From Acidobacteriota bacterium (lineage in GTDB: Bacteria > Acidobacteriota > Vicinamibacteria > Vicinamibacterales > UBA2999), in contig JABFSA010000070.1 in the NCBI GenBank assembly GCA_013140775.1, positions 38,838-102,837 of the forward strand: a stretch of 64,000 nt of DNA, written 5' to 3'. Positions 28,420-39,531 of this stretch are shown here, in pieces. Below the pieces are notes generated by a model that worked only from the letters and a program-made list of their open reading frames with translations, did not search any database and was not told the DNA's origin. The position numbers were made by a program, and so were the translations under genes. Position 1 is the first letter of the stretch; every line of letters begins with the position of its first letter.

Positions 28420-28478
28420 ATTCTGGCAGTGCGGATCACCACTATTTGCGGGCTCTCGAACCGCTGGAAATGGCGTGC

Positions 28479-28494
28479 GTCCTCGACAGAGGAC
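28479..28494 (-). terminator. 6-bp hairpin (GTCCTC-gaca-GAGGAC) immediately after the ZIP gene stop
   Basis: Adjacent to the stop at 28496-28498. No U-tract. Confidence 0.25.
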
Positions 28495-28495
28495 G

Positions 28496-29227
28496 TTACA
28501 GCAGGATCATCGTCGCGACGCCGGCAGCGATGAGCAGGATCTGCCGCATGGACGACGCGTCGGTCCGCCCGCGGTGGAGCCCCGGGATCAGGTCGGCCAT
28601 GGCCACGTAGAGGAAGCTGGCCGCTGCGAGGGCCAGGAAGTAGGGGAGCAGCATGGGCACCGTATCGAAGGCAACGATAGCGGCGATAGCGCCGGCTGCG
28701 CTGGCGAGCGAAGACAGGACGTTGAGGAATAGTGCGCGGCCGCGCGAATAGCCGGCGTGCAGCAGGATCGCGAAGTCCCCGACTTCCTGGGGAATTTCAT
28801 GCGCCGCTGCCGCAACGGCCGTGCTGATGCCTAGCGGCACAGACGTCATGACAGCCGCGCCCACCACTGCTCCATCGACGAAATTGTGAAAGGCGTCGCC
28901 GATGAGTACCGGAAATGCGCTGCTCTCGTGCACTTCGCAATCGTGAATATGGCAGTGCCGCCACAGGACGAGCTTCTCGAGCACGAAGAAGAGGAGGATT
29001 CCGGCAAGGAGCGTGGCAAAGACCTGCGGCGCCGCGAGCGTCTCCAGCGCTGTGGGCAGCAGGCGAAGCATCGATACGCCCAGCAGCGCTCCGACGGCGT
29101 AGCTCACGAGCCAGGGGACCAGTTTGGTGCGGGCGTTGTCCTTGACGAGCAGCACGCTCGCAGCCACGAACAGACCGCCGAGGCCGCCGAGGAGGCTCAG
29201 GCCAACTGCGATGAAAGGGATCGACAC
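28496..29227 (-). CDS. ZIP-family divalent metal transporter
   Basis: Polytopic membrane protein with the ZIP signature HEIPQEVGDFAILL and a His-rich loop (HCHIHDCEVHE). Confidence 0.9.
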   Translation of the reverse strand: MSIPFIAVGLSLLGGLGGLFVAASVLLVKDNARTKLVPWLVSYAVGALLGVSMLRLLPTALETLAAPQVFATLLAGILLFFVLEKLVLWRHCHIHDCEVHESSAFPVLIGDAFHNFVDGAVVGAAVMTSVPLGISTAVAAAAHEIPQEVGDFAILLHAGYSRGRALFLNVLSSLASAAGAIAAIVAFDTVPMLLPYFLALAAASFLYVAMADLIPGLHRGRTDASSMRQILLIAAGVATMILL

Positions 29228-29236
29228 GCGAACCGA

Positions 29237-30247
29237 TTATGACGCGACATACCCTTGCCGCGCTCGCACCGTCAGCCGACGCCCCTTCGCTTCGACCTTG
29301 ATTTCGTGCCAGCGACCGTCCTTCTTGCCCGTGCTGACATAGCCCAGGTAGTACTGCTTGCTCAGCTCGTCGGCGATCCTGGCCGTAGCCCCACCAAGGT
29401 CACCGAAGCCGCGCACGATCTCCGTTCGGCCTCCCGAGTCGTCCGTGATTCGCCGCAACGCAGCGGCATCGACGCGCTCGTTCGACGCAGGCGTTCTGCG
29501 GCCGATGATGATCGGCGGACTCGGGCGCCGCGGAACGCCACCGGGAAACGGAAACGGAGGTCGCGGGAATGACGGGGGGCGCATCCGCGGTTCCGTTCGG
29601 TCCACGATAGCGGCGCCATCGACACCGAGCGCATAGACCAGCACTTCGCTTTCGCGAATGATTTCTCGAAGCTCCCCGACTTCGATGCGGCTGTTCGTAT
29701 CGTTGCCGTCCGAGATGATGAGGATGGCCTTCTTGGGGTGCTTGCCAATACTCGCCAGCGGCACTGCTTCGGCAACGGCGTCGTACATCGCCGTGCCGCC
29801 GACCGGTCTCACGCGGGCGACGGCGGAGCTGATGGCGCGGCGGTCGGTCGTCCACTCCTGCATGAGATGTGGACGGTTGGCGAACTCGAGAAAAAACAGC
29901 TCGTCGTCAGCACCGAGCAGATCGTGGACGAAGCGATCGATGGCGGACCGTGCGGAGGCCATCTTGTCTGGCGTCATGCTGCCGCTCGCGTCGAGCACGA
30001 GCCCGAGGCTGACGGGCACCCGGTCGCTGCTGAAGTAGGTGATCGCCTGTTCTTCGCCGTCTTCGAAGACCGTGAAGTCCTCCTTGCGAAGTCCAGGGAC
30101 GAAGCGGCCGTCTCTGTCCGTGACCCAGGCGGCGACATTGATGAGGTCCACACCGCTGCGGAAGGTCGAGCCGTCCTGAGGCTCGGTCTGAACCCCGACG
30201 ACGGTTCCGGCTATCAACAGTGCGAGCGAAAGGACACAAACCCGCAT
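29237..30247 (-). CDS. VWA domain-containing secreted protein (Acidobacteria-type VWFA architecture)
   Basis: Signal peptide from ATG 30247 (RBS GAGGAGG). DxSxS MIDAS (LVLDASGSM), GGTAMYDAV, ILIISDGNDTNS, and a C-terminal YYLGY....GRWH.I.V tail. Confidence 0.85.
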   Translation of the reverse strand: MRVCVLSLALLIAGTVVGVQTEPQDGSTFRSGVDLINVAAWVTDRDGRFVPGLRKEDFTVFEDGEEQAITYFSSDRVPVSLGLVLDASGSMTPDKMASARSAIDRFVHDLLGADDELFFLEFANRPHLMQEWTTDRRAISSAVARVRPVGGTAMYDAVAEAVPLASIGKHPKKAILIISDGNDTNSRIEVGELREIIRESEVLVYALGVDGAAIVDRTEPRMRPPSFPRPPFPFPGGVPRRPSPPIIIGRRTPASNERVDAAALRRITDDSGGRTEIVRGFGDLGGATARIADELSKQYYLGYVSTGKKDGRWHEIKVEAKGRRLTVRARQGYVAS

Positions 30248-30355
30248 GGCCTCCTCGGCAGAGGCAAGAACGTTGCCGGTTGGCGGCGGTGAAATACGGC
30301 TGTTTTTGGGCTCGTCCTGTCCGGCTATCCGGACCATTGGACAGAGGAGTGTCCG

Positions 30356-30904
30356 CTACTTGAGTCCTTCGCTGAACCGGTAGCCTTCTTGTTCAGCGAG
30401 AACCCGCGTGGCGCGGAACCCGGCGGCATTCAGGGCCTGGACGACGACGGAGGGTTCAGAGAAGACGGGTTTCGACCGGAGAAAGGTCAGCGCGCCCGAG
30501 CCGGTGCCACCTTCGACGACCATGAACCTGCCGCCGGGCCGGAGTACTCGGCGCGCCTCCCGCAGTGCGTCCGGGCGCTCGGCGTCGGAGAAGAGGCTGG
30601 GCTTGCCTGACGCGGCGTGGAGGACGACCACGTCGAAGGAGTCAGTCTCAAACGGCAGGGTGCTGCCGTTCTGCATCTGGACGTCGAGCAGAACTCCGGC
30701 CTTCTCGCCCGCTGCACGCGCCGTGGCGGCTTCGTGCTCGTTCTGCACCGCGACGGAGGCATGTCCGCTCAAACCAACTTTCGCGGCAATCGCGCCAACG
30801 AGCGCCGGATCATCGAGTCCCAGCTGCAACGCCCGCTCACCCATTCGCACTCCCGTCATCGCGACAGGGAGACGTTCGAGCGCGGACTTTCGGAGGAAAA
30901 ACAT
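30356..30904 (-). CDS. class I SAM-dependent methyltransferase-like protein (degenerate motif I)
   Basis: Methyltransf_11-like post-I/II/III blocks (FDVVVL, LRPGGRFMVVE). The usual GxGxG is replaced by LQLGLDD. Confidence 0.55.
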   Translation of the reverse strand: MFFLRKSALERLPVAMTGVRMGERALQLGLDDPALVGAIAAKVGLSGHASVAVQNEHEAATARAAGEKAGVLLDVQMQNGSTLPFETDSFDVVVLHAASGKPSLFSDAERPDALREARRVLRPGGRFMVVEGGTGSGALTFLRSKPVFSEPSVVVQALNAAGFRATRVLAEQEGYRFSEGLK

Positions 30905-30934
30905 CGTGAATTTCTAATGATATAGTGGCCGATT

Positions 30935-32248
<1,314 letters not shown>

Positions 32249-32264
32249 GGACCGGTAGACATCC

Positions 32265-34229
32265 GTGGGTGACGAAAAGCTCGCGGGGGAGATCGATGAT
32301 CTCCTCCAGGAAGACCGCACGTTTCCCCCGTCCGACACCTTCCGGGCGCAGGCGACTGTCCAGGATGAGTCAGTCTACGAGCGGGCCGCTCGCGATCCGG
32401 AATTCTTCTGGGCGTCATTCGCGAGCGAGCTCGACTGGTTCACGCCCTGGACGAAGATCCTCGACTGGCAACCACCCCACGCGAAATGGTTTCTTGGCGG
32501 CACCCTTAACGCCAGCGTCAATTGCGTCGATCGGCATGCCCTGGGCTCCCGGCGCGACAAGACCGCGATCATCTGGGAAGGGGAGCCTGGCGATCAACGA
32601 ACCCTGACCTACTTCGAGCTGCTCCAACAGGTCAGCCAGTTCGCTAACGTGCTCAAGTCGCTCGGGGTCACCCGGGGCGACCGCGTCGCGCTCTACCTTC
32701 CGCTCATTCCCGAGCTCGCCATCGCCATGCTCGCCTGCGCCCGCATCGGCGCAGTGCACTCGGTGGTTTTCGGCGGATTCAGCGCCGAGTCGCTGCGGGA
32801 TCGCATCAACGACGCCCAGGCCACGCTGCTTGTGACCTCGGATGGCGGCTGGCGACGCGGCCACGTCGTCCCTCTCAAACAGATGGCGGACGACGCGCTC
32901 ACGGGAACGCCGTCGATTCGCAACGTCGTGGTCGTGCGTCGCGTCGGAGAATCAGCGCCCGCGATGGAGATGAAGGAAGGCCGCGACCACTGGTATCACG
33001 CGCTGATGGCACAGGCCGCTGATACCTGTGAGCCCGAGCGGATGGATGCAGAGGACATGCTCTACATCCTCTACACCTCGGGAACGACCGGGAAGCCCAA
33101 GGGCATCGTGCACACGACGGGCGGATACCTGACCGGCGTGTACGCGACGACCAAGTGGGTGTTCGACCTCAAGGAGAACGACATCTACTGGTGCACCGCA
33201 GATATCGGCTGGGTCACCGGACATAGCTACGTCGTGTACGGTCCGTTGGCGAATGGTGCGACGGTGTTGATGTACGAGGGCGCACCGGATTGGCCAACGA
33301 AGGACAGGTTCTGGGAGATCATCGAACGCTATCGAGCGACGATCTTCTACACCGCGCCCACGGCGATTCGGGCCTTCATGCGCTGGGGCGATGAATGGCC
33401 ACGCGGTCGCGACCTGTCATCGCTCAGGTTGCTGGGCTCGGTCGGCGAACCCATCAATCCTGAAGCCTGGGTCTGGTATCACCGCTACATCGGCGGCGAG
33501 CGATGTCCAGTGGTGGACACATGGTGGCAGACCGAGACCGGCGCGATCATGATCACGCCGCTGCCAGGGCTCACGGAATGCAAACCCGGCTCAGCCACGC
33601 GAACGTTCCCCGGGATCTTCGCACAGGTAAAAACTGACAAAGGCGACGACATTGAGGTGGGAGGAGGGCTGCTCGCCCTCACCCGTCCATGGCCGTCGAT
33701 GTTGCGTGGTATCTACGGCGATCCTGCACGCTACGTCGCCCAGTACTGGAGCCGGTGGACGCCCGACATCTACTTCACCGGCGACGGCGCCAAGCGAGAC
33801 CCGGAGGGATTTTTCTGGCTCCTCGGTCGTGTAGACGATGTGTTGAATGTCGCCGGCCATCGAATTGGCACGATGGAAGTTGAGAGCGCGCTCGTGGACC
33901 ATCAGAAGGTTGCCGAGGCCGCGGTCGTCGGCCGGTCCCATGAGATCAAGGGTCAGGCGGTGGCTGCCTTCGTCACGCTGAAGGAAGGCGTGGCTGCGAG
34001 CGAAGCGCTGATCGCGGAGCTCAAGGAGCACGTGGTCAAGAAGATCGGCGCGATCGCCCGTCCTGACGACATCATCTTTGCGGCCGACCTGCCAAAGACG
34101 CGTTCGGGCAAGATCATGCGGCGCCTATTGCGGGACATTGCAGACGGCAAGGCGCTCGGCGATACGACCACGCTCGGTGATCCCAGCGTCGTCGCGAAGC
34201 TCAAAGAGCAGTACGAAGACGAACACTGA
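32265..34229 (+). CDS. acs: acetate--CoA ligase (acetyl-CoA synthetase)
   Basis: AMP-binding motif [36 protein letters not shown], and the C-terminal [14 protein letters not shown] motif. Confidence 0.96.
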   Translation: MGDEKLAGEIDDLLQEDRTFPPSDTFRAQATVQDESVYERAARDPEFFWASFASELDWFTPWTKILDWQPPHAKWFLGGTLNASVNCVDRHALGSRRDKTAIIWEGEPGDQRTLTYFELLQQVSQFANVLKSLGVTRGDRVALYLPLIPELAIAMLACARIGAVHSVVFGGFSAESLRDRINDAQATLLVTSDGGWRRGHVVPLKQMADDALTGTPSIRNVVVVRRVGESAPAMEMKEGRDHWYHALMAQAADTCEPERMDAEDMLYILYTSGTTGKPKGIVHTTGGYLTGVYATTKWVFDLKENDIYWCTADIGWVTGHSYVVYGPLANGATVLMYEGAPDWPTKDRFWEIIERYRATIFYTAPTAIRAFMRWGDEWPRGRDLSSLRLLGSVGEPINPEAWVWYHRYIGGERCPVVDTWWQTETGAIMITPLPGLTECKPGSATRTFPGIFAQVKTDKGDDIEVGGGLLALTRPWPSMLRGIYGDPARYVAQYWSRWTPDIYFTGDGAKRDPEGFFWLLGRVDDVLNVAGHRIGTMEVESALVDHQKVAEAAVVGRSHEIKGQAVAAFVTLKEGVAASEALIAELKEHVVKKIGAIARPDDIIFAADLPKTRSGKIMRRLLRDIADGKALGDTTTLGDPSVVAKLKEQYEDEH

Positions 34230-34307
34230 GCCATTCCCGGTTCAGGCTCCGCTATCGACGGCGATCTGGAGATCTACCGACGACGATGGTAGTAATGGGG
34301 TCCTGCC

Positions 34308-36233
34308 ATGGAAGCGGGCGGTAGATTCCAGTCGTCAGGTGAAAGAGCGGCGCCGGTTCGCACACGAATTGGTGAGCGCCTCTGTCAGGCGGGGGTGGTC
34401 ACCCACACCGATCTGCAGGACGCCCTCGAAGAACAGGGGCGGTGTGGCGAACGCCTGGGTTCTATTCTCGTCCGGTTGAATCTCGCGAGTGAGCGTCAAA
34501 TTGCCCAGGCGCTCGCCGCCCAGCTCGAACTGCCGTTTGTCGAGCTGTCGCGGCACCCGCTCTCGCCCGAAGCGCTCCTCAGGATCCCGAAGCGGATCGC
34601 GCTCGTGCACTCCTGCATTCCGATCGCAATTGAGAACAAGGAACTGACGGTTGCGATGTCGGATCCGCTTCTGTTCGCGGCGATTCAAGATGTCGAGTTC
34701 CAGACCTCCTGCCGTGTCAGACAGGTCGTGGCCACGCGCGAAGACATCAGCGACGCCATTCGCCGAGGCTATCCGGATACGGCGCTCGCCCGTGTCGTTC
34801 AGATTGGCGCCGTCGAACCCACGGGAGGCGGCGCGAGTGTCGAAGATCCGCCTGACACATCGCCTGTCGTCGAGATCGTTGATTTAGCGCTCAGAAGCGC
34901 GCTTCGCAACGGCGCAAGTGATGTGCACATCGAGCCCACCGAGACAGGTGTGGTCGTTCGGCAACGTGTCGATGGACTGCTCAAGGAGGTGATGGATCTT
35001 CCGAAGTGGGTGCACGAAGGAGTGGTCGCGCGGGTCAAGGTCATGGCCGGTCTCGACATCGCCGAGAAGCGATTGCCGCAGGACGGGAGGATCCGTACCA
35101 AGACGGATACCGGAGAGAGCATCGACCTTCGCGTGTCCACTCTGCGCACGATCGTTGGCGAGAAGATCGTTCTCCGCGTGCTCGATCATCGCAAGGGCGT
35201 GCCTTCGCTCGACACGCTGGGCCTCTCCTCGGAAGCGCTTGCGCAGGTCCAGGGCTTCCTGCGTCATCAGCACGGGATGATTCTCGTCGTCGGACCGACG
35301 GGTTCGGGCAAGACCACGACGCTGTCGTCGGCGCTCGCTGCACTGCGCTCGGAGCGTACGAACATCGTCACGATTGAAGATCCGGTCGAGTATCAGATCC
35401 CCGGAGTAAACCAGACGCAGACCAACGGCAAGATCGATCTGACGTTTGCGCGATCACTGCGCGCCGTCCTGCGTCAGGATCCTGATGTGGTGCTCGTGGG
35501 AGAGATCCGCGATCACGACACCGCCCGGGTCGCGATGCAGGCAGCCCAGACGGGTCACCTCGTGCTCTCGACGCTTCACACCAACGACGCACCCTCGAGC
35601 GTGGAGCGGTTGGCTGATATCGGGATCGAACCATACGTGTCGGCGTCAGCGCTGGTCGGCATCATCGCGCAACGGTTGCTGCGTCGGTTGTGCACCAGTT
35701 GTCGGCTTCCATATATCCCGGACGCGCCGGTGCTTCGGGCCTTATCCATATCTGACGACGAAGCAGCAGGAATCACGTTCTACCGCGCCGGCGGATGCGA
35801 CCACTGTCATCAGACCGGATACAGAGGACGCATCGGCATTTACGAGGTCATGTCGATCACGGATGCCGTGCGTCGCCTGATTTCCGGAAGGGCCACCGTG
35901 ATGGAGCTTCGAGCATCTGCGAAGACGGCGGGCATGCGTACTCTCGCCGAAGACGGCGTGGCCAAAGTGAAAGCCGGGCTCACGACCCCGGAAGAACTGC
36001 ATCGTGTGGTGACGACAACCGAGGGAAGCGGCCGCTCCTGCTCCGAGTGTGGGGGCGCGATGGAACCCGAGTTCGTGGTGTGTCCTGCCTGTGGGCATTC
36101 CAGCGGGGGTGAGTGTTTCCAGTGCAGGCGAACGCTCAAGCCGGGTTGGAAATTCTGTCCGTACTGCGCCGCCAGCGTCGCTGTGAGCAGTCACGAGCCG
36201 GGTTCGCTGACGCGGCTTCGGGCCGTCGGTTAG
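34308..36233 (+). CDS. GspE/PilB-family secretion ATPase with N-terminal MshEN-type domain and C-terminal double zinc ribbon
   Basis: Walker A GPTGSGKTT, Asp/His boxes, and the GspE tetracysteine motif (CTSC....GGCDHC). Two tandem 24-aa MshEN-like motifs (aa 20-43 and 49-72). An extra ~65-aa tail carries four CxxC pairs. Confidence 0.9.
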   Translation: MEAGGRFQSSGERAAPVRTRIGERLCQAGVVTHTDLQDALEEQGRCGERLGSILVRLNLASERQIAQALAAQLELPFVELSRHPLSPEALLRIPKRIALVHSCIPIAIENKELTVAMSDPLLFAAIQDVEFQTSCRVRQVVATREDISDAIRRGYPDTALARVVQIGAVEPTGGGASVEDPPDTSPVVEIVDLALRSALRNGASDVHIEPTETGVVVRQRVDGLLKEVMDLPKWVHEGVVARVKVMAGLDIAEKRLPQDGRIRTKTDTGESIDLRVSTLRTIVGEKIVLRVLDHRKGVPSLDTLGLSSEALAQVQGFLRHQHGMILVVGPTGSGKTTTLSSALAALRSERTNIVTIEDPVEYQIPGVNQTQTNGKIDLTFARSLRAVLRQDPDVVLVGEIRDHDTARVAMQAAQTGHLVLSTLHTNDAPSSVERLADIGIEPYVSASALVGIIAQRLLRRLCTSCRLPYIPDAPVLRALSISDDEAAGITFYRAGGCDHCHQTGYRGRIGIYEVMSITDAVRRLISGRATVMELRASAKTAGMRTLAEDGVAKVKAGLTTPEELHRVVTTTEGSGRSCSECGGAMEPEFVVCPACGHSSGGECFQCRRTLKPGWKFCPYCAASVAVSSHEPGSLTRLRAVG

Positions 36234-36238
36234 GCGCG

Positions 36239-36949
36239 ATGACGTCGAGGAATTGCTATGAACTGCTCGAGGTCGCGCCCACGGCGTCACAGCTGGAGAT
36301 CAAACAGGCGTTTCGCCGGGTCATTGCCAAGTACCATCCTGACAAAGTCCAGCATCTTGGTGTGGAGCTGCAGAGCATCGCAGCCGTGAGAACCGCCGAG
36401 ATCACGCAGGCCTACAGAGAGTTGAGTGCCGTGCCCTCTGGTGGCAACCACGAGACTCCCACGCAATCCCCACGGCCTCCCTCTCGGGACGCATCGAGCG
36501 GAGACAGGGATGAGGCAAGGGGACTCGTGCAACGGGCGGCGCTGGCTCGCTTTCGGAATGCGCTTCGCGAGGAGGGCTGGTCTGGCGAGCCAGTGGTCGC
36601 TCCCTTCGATGTCGCCGCGACGTCGGCCGGAGGCTGGAGGCAGAAAGGGTGGAAGATCCTGGGCCGTGTCGTGGGAGAGTGGTCCGATGCAACAGTCCAG
36701 GAGACCTGGGCCGCTGCAAGCCGAATCCAGCGCAACGACTCCCGGAATGCGTGGGTGTTCCTGCTGGGGCCAGGCGACGCCTCACACGCGCAGCCCCGAC
36801 AATCTGTCAGCCGCGCTCGAATGACTGACGTCTGCCGGAGCGAACCTGCTCTTGTCCTGATACTTGTTGACGTTGGTACCTGGCATGCCGATGTTCCAAA
36901 CCGTACGCCCCCGCTCATGACAGCGCTGTTGAGACGCCTGTCCGCATAG
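36239..36949 (+). CDS. J-domain (DnaJ-like) protein with uncharacterised C-terminal domain
   Basis: From ATG 36239: CYELLEV...[10 protein letters not shown]...KYHPDK (J domain with HPD). The remainder is unassigned. Starts 5 nt after the ATPase stop. Confidence 0.75.
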   Translation: MTSRNCYELLEVAPTASQLEIKQAFRRVIAKYHPDKVQHLGVELQSIAAVRTAEITQAYRELSAVPSGGNHETPTQSPRPPSRDASSGDRDEARGLVQRAALARFRNALREEGWSGEPVVAPFDVAATSAGGWRQKGWKILGRVVGEWSDATVQETWAAASRIQRNDSRNAWVFLLGPGDASHAQPRQSVSRARMTDVCRSEPALVLILVDVGTWHADVPNRTPPLMTALLRRLSA

Positions 36950-36956
36950 GTCACAC

Positions 36957-37643
36957 ATGCCGCTCATTGAAACGCGCGATCTCTGGAAGACCTACGTGAT
37001 GGGCGATGAAGAAGTACACGCGCTTCGCGGCGTGTCGGTCGATATCGAACGAGGCGAGTACGTGGCGATCATGGGTCCATCAGGCTCGGGCAAATCGACA
37101 CTGATGAATCTCATCGGGTGTCTCGATACCCCTACGCGCGGCTCGTATCTCCTCAATGGCAAGAACGTGAGCGAGATGAAGGACAACGAACTGGCCCGTA
37201 TCCGCAACGAAGAGATCGGGTTCGTTTTTCAGACGTTTAACTTGCTGCCGCGTGCGACCGCATTGCACAACGTCGAGCTTCCGCTCGTATACGCGGGCGT
37301 TGCCGCGAAGGATCGTGAGGAGCGGGCACGAGCCGCGTTGGCGACGGTTGATCTGGCGTCCCGAGTGAACCATCGCCCGAACGAGCTTTCCGGTGGGCAG
37401 CGTCAACGTGTCGCCATTGCCCGTGCGCTCGTGAACAGGCCGTCGCTCCTCCTGGCGGACGAGCCCACGGGGAACCTTGATACAAAAACAGGCATGGAAC
37501 TCATGTCGCTCTTCGGCCGGCTGCACCAGGATGGCAATACCGTGGTGGTGGTGACGCACGAGGCGGATATCGCGGCGTACGCACACAGGACGCTGTCTTT
37601 CAGGGACGGTCAACTGGAGAAAGACGTCCGGCGCGTGCCCTGA
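36957..37643 (+). CDS. ABC transporter ATP-binding protein (MacB/LolD/FtsE-like)
   Basis: Walker [10 protein letters not shown], signature [15 protein letters not shown], Walker [13 protein letters not shown]. No permease gene is adjacent. Confidence 0.9.
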   Translation: MPLIETRDLWKTYVMGDEEVHALRGVSVDIERGEYVAIMGPSGSGKSTLMNLIGCLDTPTRGSYLLNGKNVSEMKDNELARIRNEEIGFVFQTFNLLPRATALHNVELPLVYAGVAAKDREERARAALATVDLASRVNHRPNELSGGQRQRVAIARALVNRPSLLLADEPTGNLDTKTGMELMSLFGRLHQDGNTVVVVTHEADIAAYAHRTLSFRDGQLEKDVRRVP

Positions 37644-37649
37644 CGCCGC

Positions 37650-39473
37650 CTATCGGAACTGTTCGATCTCGAAGGGCTCTGTCACGCGCGTTCGCAGAGG
37701 CTCGTCCAGCAGCCGCCAGTTCTCCCAGTCCACCTGCACTCGAGTTGCCTCGACCATGACCTGCTGAACACGCAGCGACGGATCGAAGCAGTGCCTGACA
37801 AGGCTTTCGGTCGAGGGACCTCGGCGCTCAATCGCAACTGCCTCTGGTTCGCTGATGCGGCATCTGCGTGTCTCGACTGTGCGGTCGAGACCGACGATCC
37901 AGTACACCTGTCCGGCATTGTGTTCGTAGTCTGCGGGACTCGCGTACGTCGTCGAGTACATGTCGTAGGTTGAGAACACTGGCGACGCTTCGAGCCGCAA
38001 GAGAGACACCACGATTTGCTGTGCAAACAGGGCGACGACGAAGGCGATGGCAAGTCGTGGTTGCAGCCGCTCAGGTCCGGCTGAAGCCGGCTCAGTGCCG
38101 GGTCGTACGAGGTGCCACGGGAGAAACCCGATGAGCAGAATCCACCAACCAGGCCAGTAGAGACCTTGGAACAACAGGAAGCCCGTCAGCAGCGACAGAG
38201 AGGCAAGCCCAGCCAGCAGACGATAGCGATAGGCGCTCGCGAGAACCCCGATAAGCACAAGGCTTTCGATCGCGATCGCGCCGAAAGACAATGCCACTGC
38301 CATCCAGGGATGGTGGCCGACCTGCAGCCCCCAGTCCACAAGGGCCGACGGCGAATCGGACAGGAAGTGGTACTTCACGGTCCCATTCAGGATCCACGCA
38401 AGTCCCGTATCGCGCAGCTTGGCGACCGCGGCGGCAAGAAACACGATCCCGATGACGAGCGCGGGCGCCCAGGTGACGTAGCCATACTGCTTCGGGGTCG
38501 CCCGCACGCGTTGACGGTCGCCGCGGCGCCTGGCGTCAACGCTCCAGGCATCACTCCATCGCGCTCCCTGCAGAGCCAGCAGGGTCAGCAGAAGTGAGCA
38601 GACCGTGTGATACGACGTGGCTGTCGTGTAGAGCGTCGCCCAGCCCAGGACGCCGATCGTCAAACACGCGAATGCGGTTCGTGCGAAAGCGCCGACGATG
38701 AACAGGAGGCCCCAGAGCAGGATCCACGCAGGCAACCAATCGGTGAGCCATGGCGCCGCGATGAAGGGGCGAAGCATGAACTCGTGCGTCGGCGACAGCG
38801 CGTTAGAGGGATCGACAGCCATCGCGGCGGAGACCGGCCGGCGAAGAACGAGATCAAGAAGCAGCCCTCCGAACACGAGTCTGAAGACCGCGACGGCTTC
38901 CGCTGAGGCATTCGGGATCGCGCGAGAAAGGAAAGCTTCGATTGCGTCAGTCGTCCTCCGCAACGCTTGTCCTGGATGGAGGAACGCGTTTGTCGCCATC
39001 AGCGCCGGGCCCCACTGAAGTCCCGGCGCCACCCTGCTGAGGATGGCGAGACAGAGGCTCGCGAACCCGATGATGAAACTCAGACGTACGGCAATCTCGA
39101 GGACGGCGGGAACGGCCGGATAAGGAGTCGTGTAGGGGAGGCGCGGCGCGAAGTAGCCGACGCGGAATGCCGTTCGGTGGATGTTGTGGGTGTCTTCGAC
39201 CGCCGGATCCAGCACGAGGTCCCTGACGTTGTCGGACCGCGTGTCCGTCAGTGCGTAGCTGAAGGTGCTCCCTTCCTCGAGTGCTATCGGGCGAAGGTGG
39301 TACTGCTGTTCCAGCCGCTGGCGGCTGACGTTGTCCAGTCCAGGGCTCCACCTGACGTGGACAAAAACCGGCGGAGGACCAAACGCAAGGCGCAGGCTGC
39401 CGTAGGCCAGGCCGGCCAACAACCAGAGGACGAGCGCGGTCGTCAGCAGTCGCAACGACCGGGACGCTGTCAT
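37650..39473 (-). CDS. polytopic membrane protein, probable HTTM (vitamin K-dependent gamma-carboxylase-like) domain
   Basis: 607 aa, multiple TM helices. HTTM-like opening block ..AEAVAVFRLVFGGLLLDLVLRRP... The family assignment is tentative. Confidence 0.5.
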   Translation of the reverse strand: MTASRSLRLLTTALVLWLLAGLAYGSLRLAFGPPPVFVHVRWSPGLDNVSRQRLEQQYHLRPIALEEGSTFSYALTDTRSDNVRDLVLDPAVEDTHNIHRTAFRVGYFAPRLPYTTPYPAVPAVLEIAVRLSFIIGFASLCLAILSRVAPGLQWGPALMATNAFLHPGQALRRTTDAIEAFLSRAIPNASAEAVAVFRLVFGGLLLDLVLRRPVSAAMAVDPSNALSPTHEFMLRPFIAAPWLTDWLPAWILLWGLLFIVGAFARTAFACLTIGVLGWATLYTTATSYHTVCSLLLTLLALQGARWSDAWSVDARRRGDRQRVRATPKQYGYVTWAPALVIGIVFLAAAVAKLRDTGLAWILNGTVKYHFLSDSPSALVDWGLQVGHHPWMAVALSFGAIAIESLVLIGVLASAYRYRLLAGLASLSLLTGFLLFQGLYWPGWWILLIGFLPWHLVRPGTEPASAGPERLQPRLAIAFVVALFAQQIVVSLLRLEASPVFSTYDMYSTTYASPADYEHNAGQVYWIVGLDRTVETRRCRISEPEAVAIERRGPSTESLVRHCFDPSLRVQQVMVEATRVQVDWENWRLLDEPLRTRVTEPFEIEQFR

Positions 39474-39531
39474 ACGGCCGCCCTGCCCAAGACAACCGAA
39501 AGGTGCTGGACGTCGAGGAGTGGAGCCGCCA

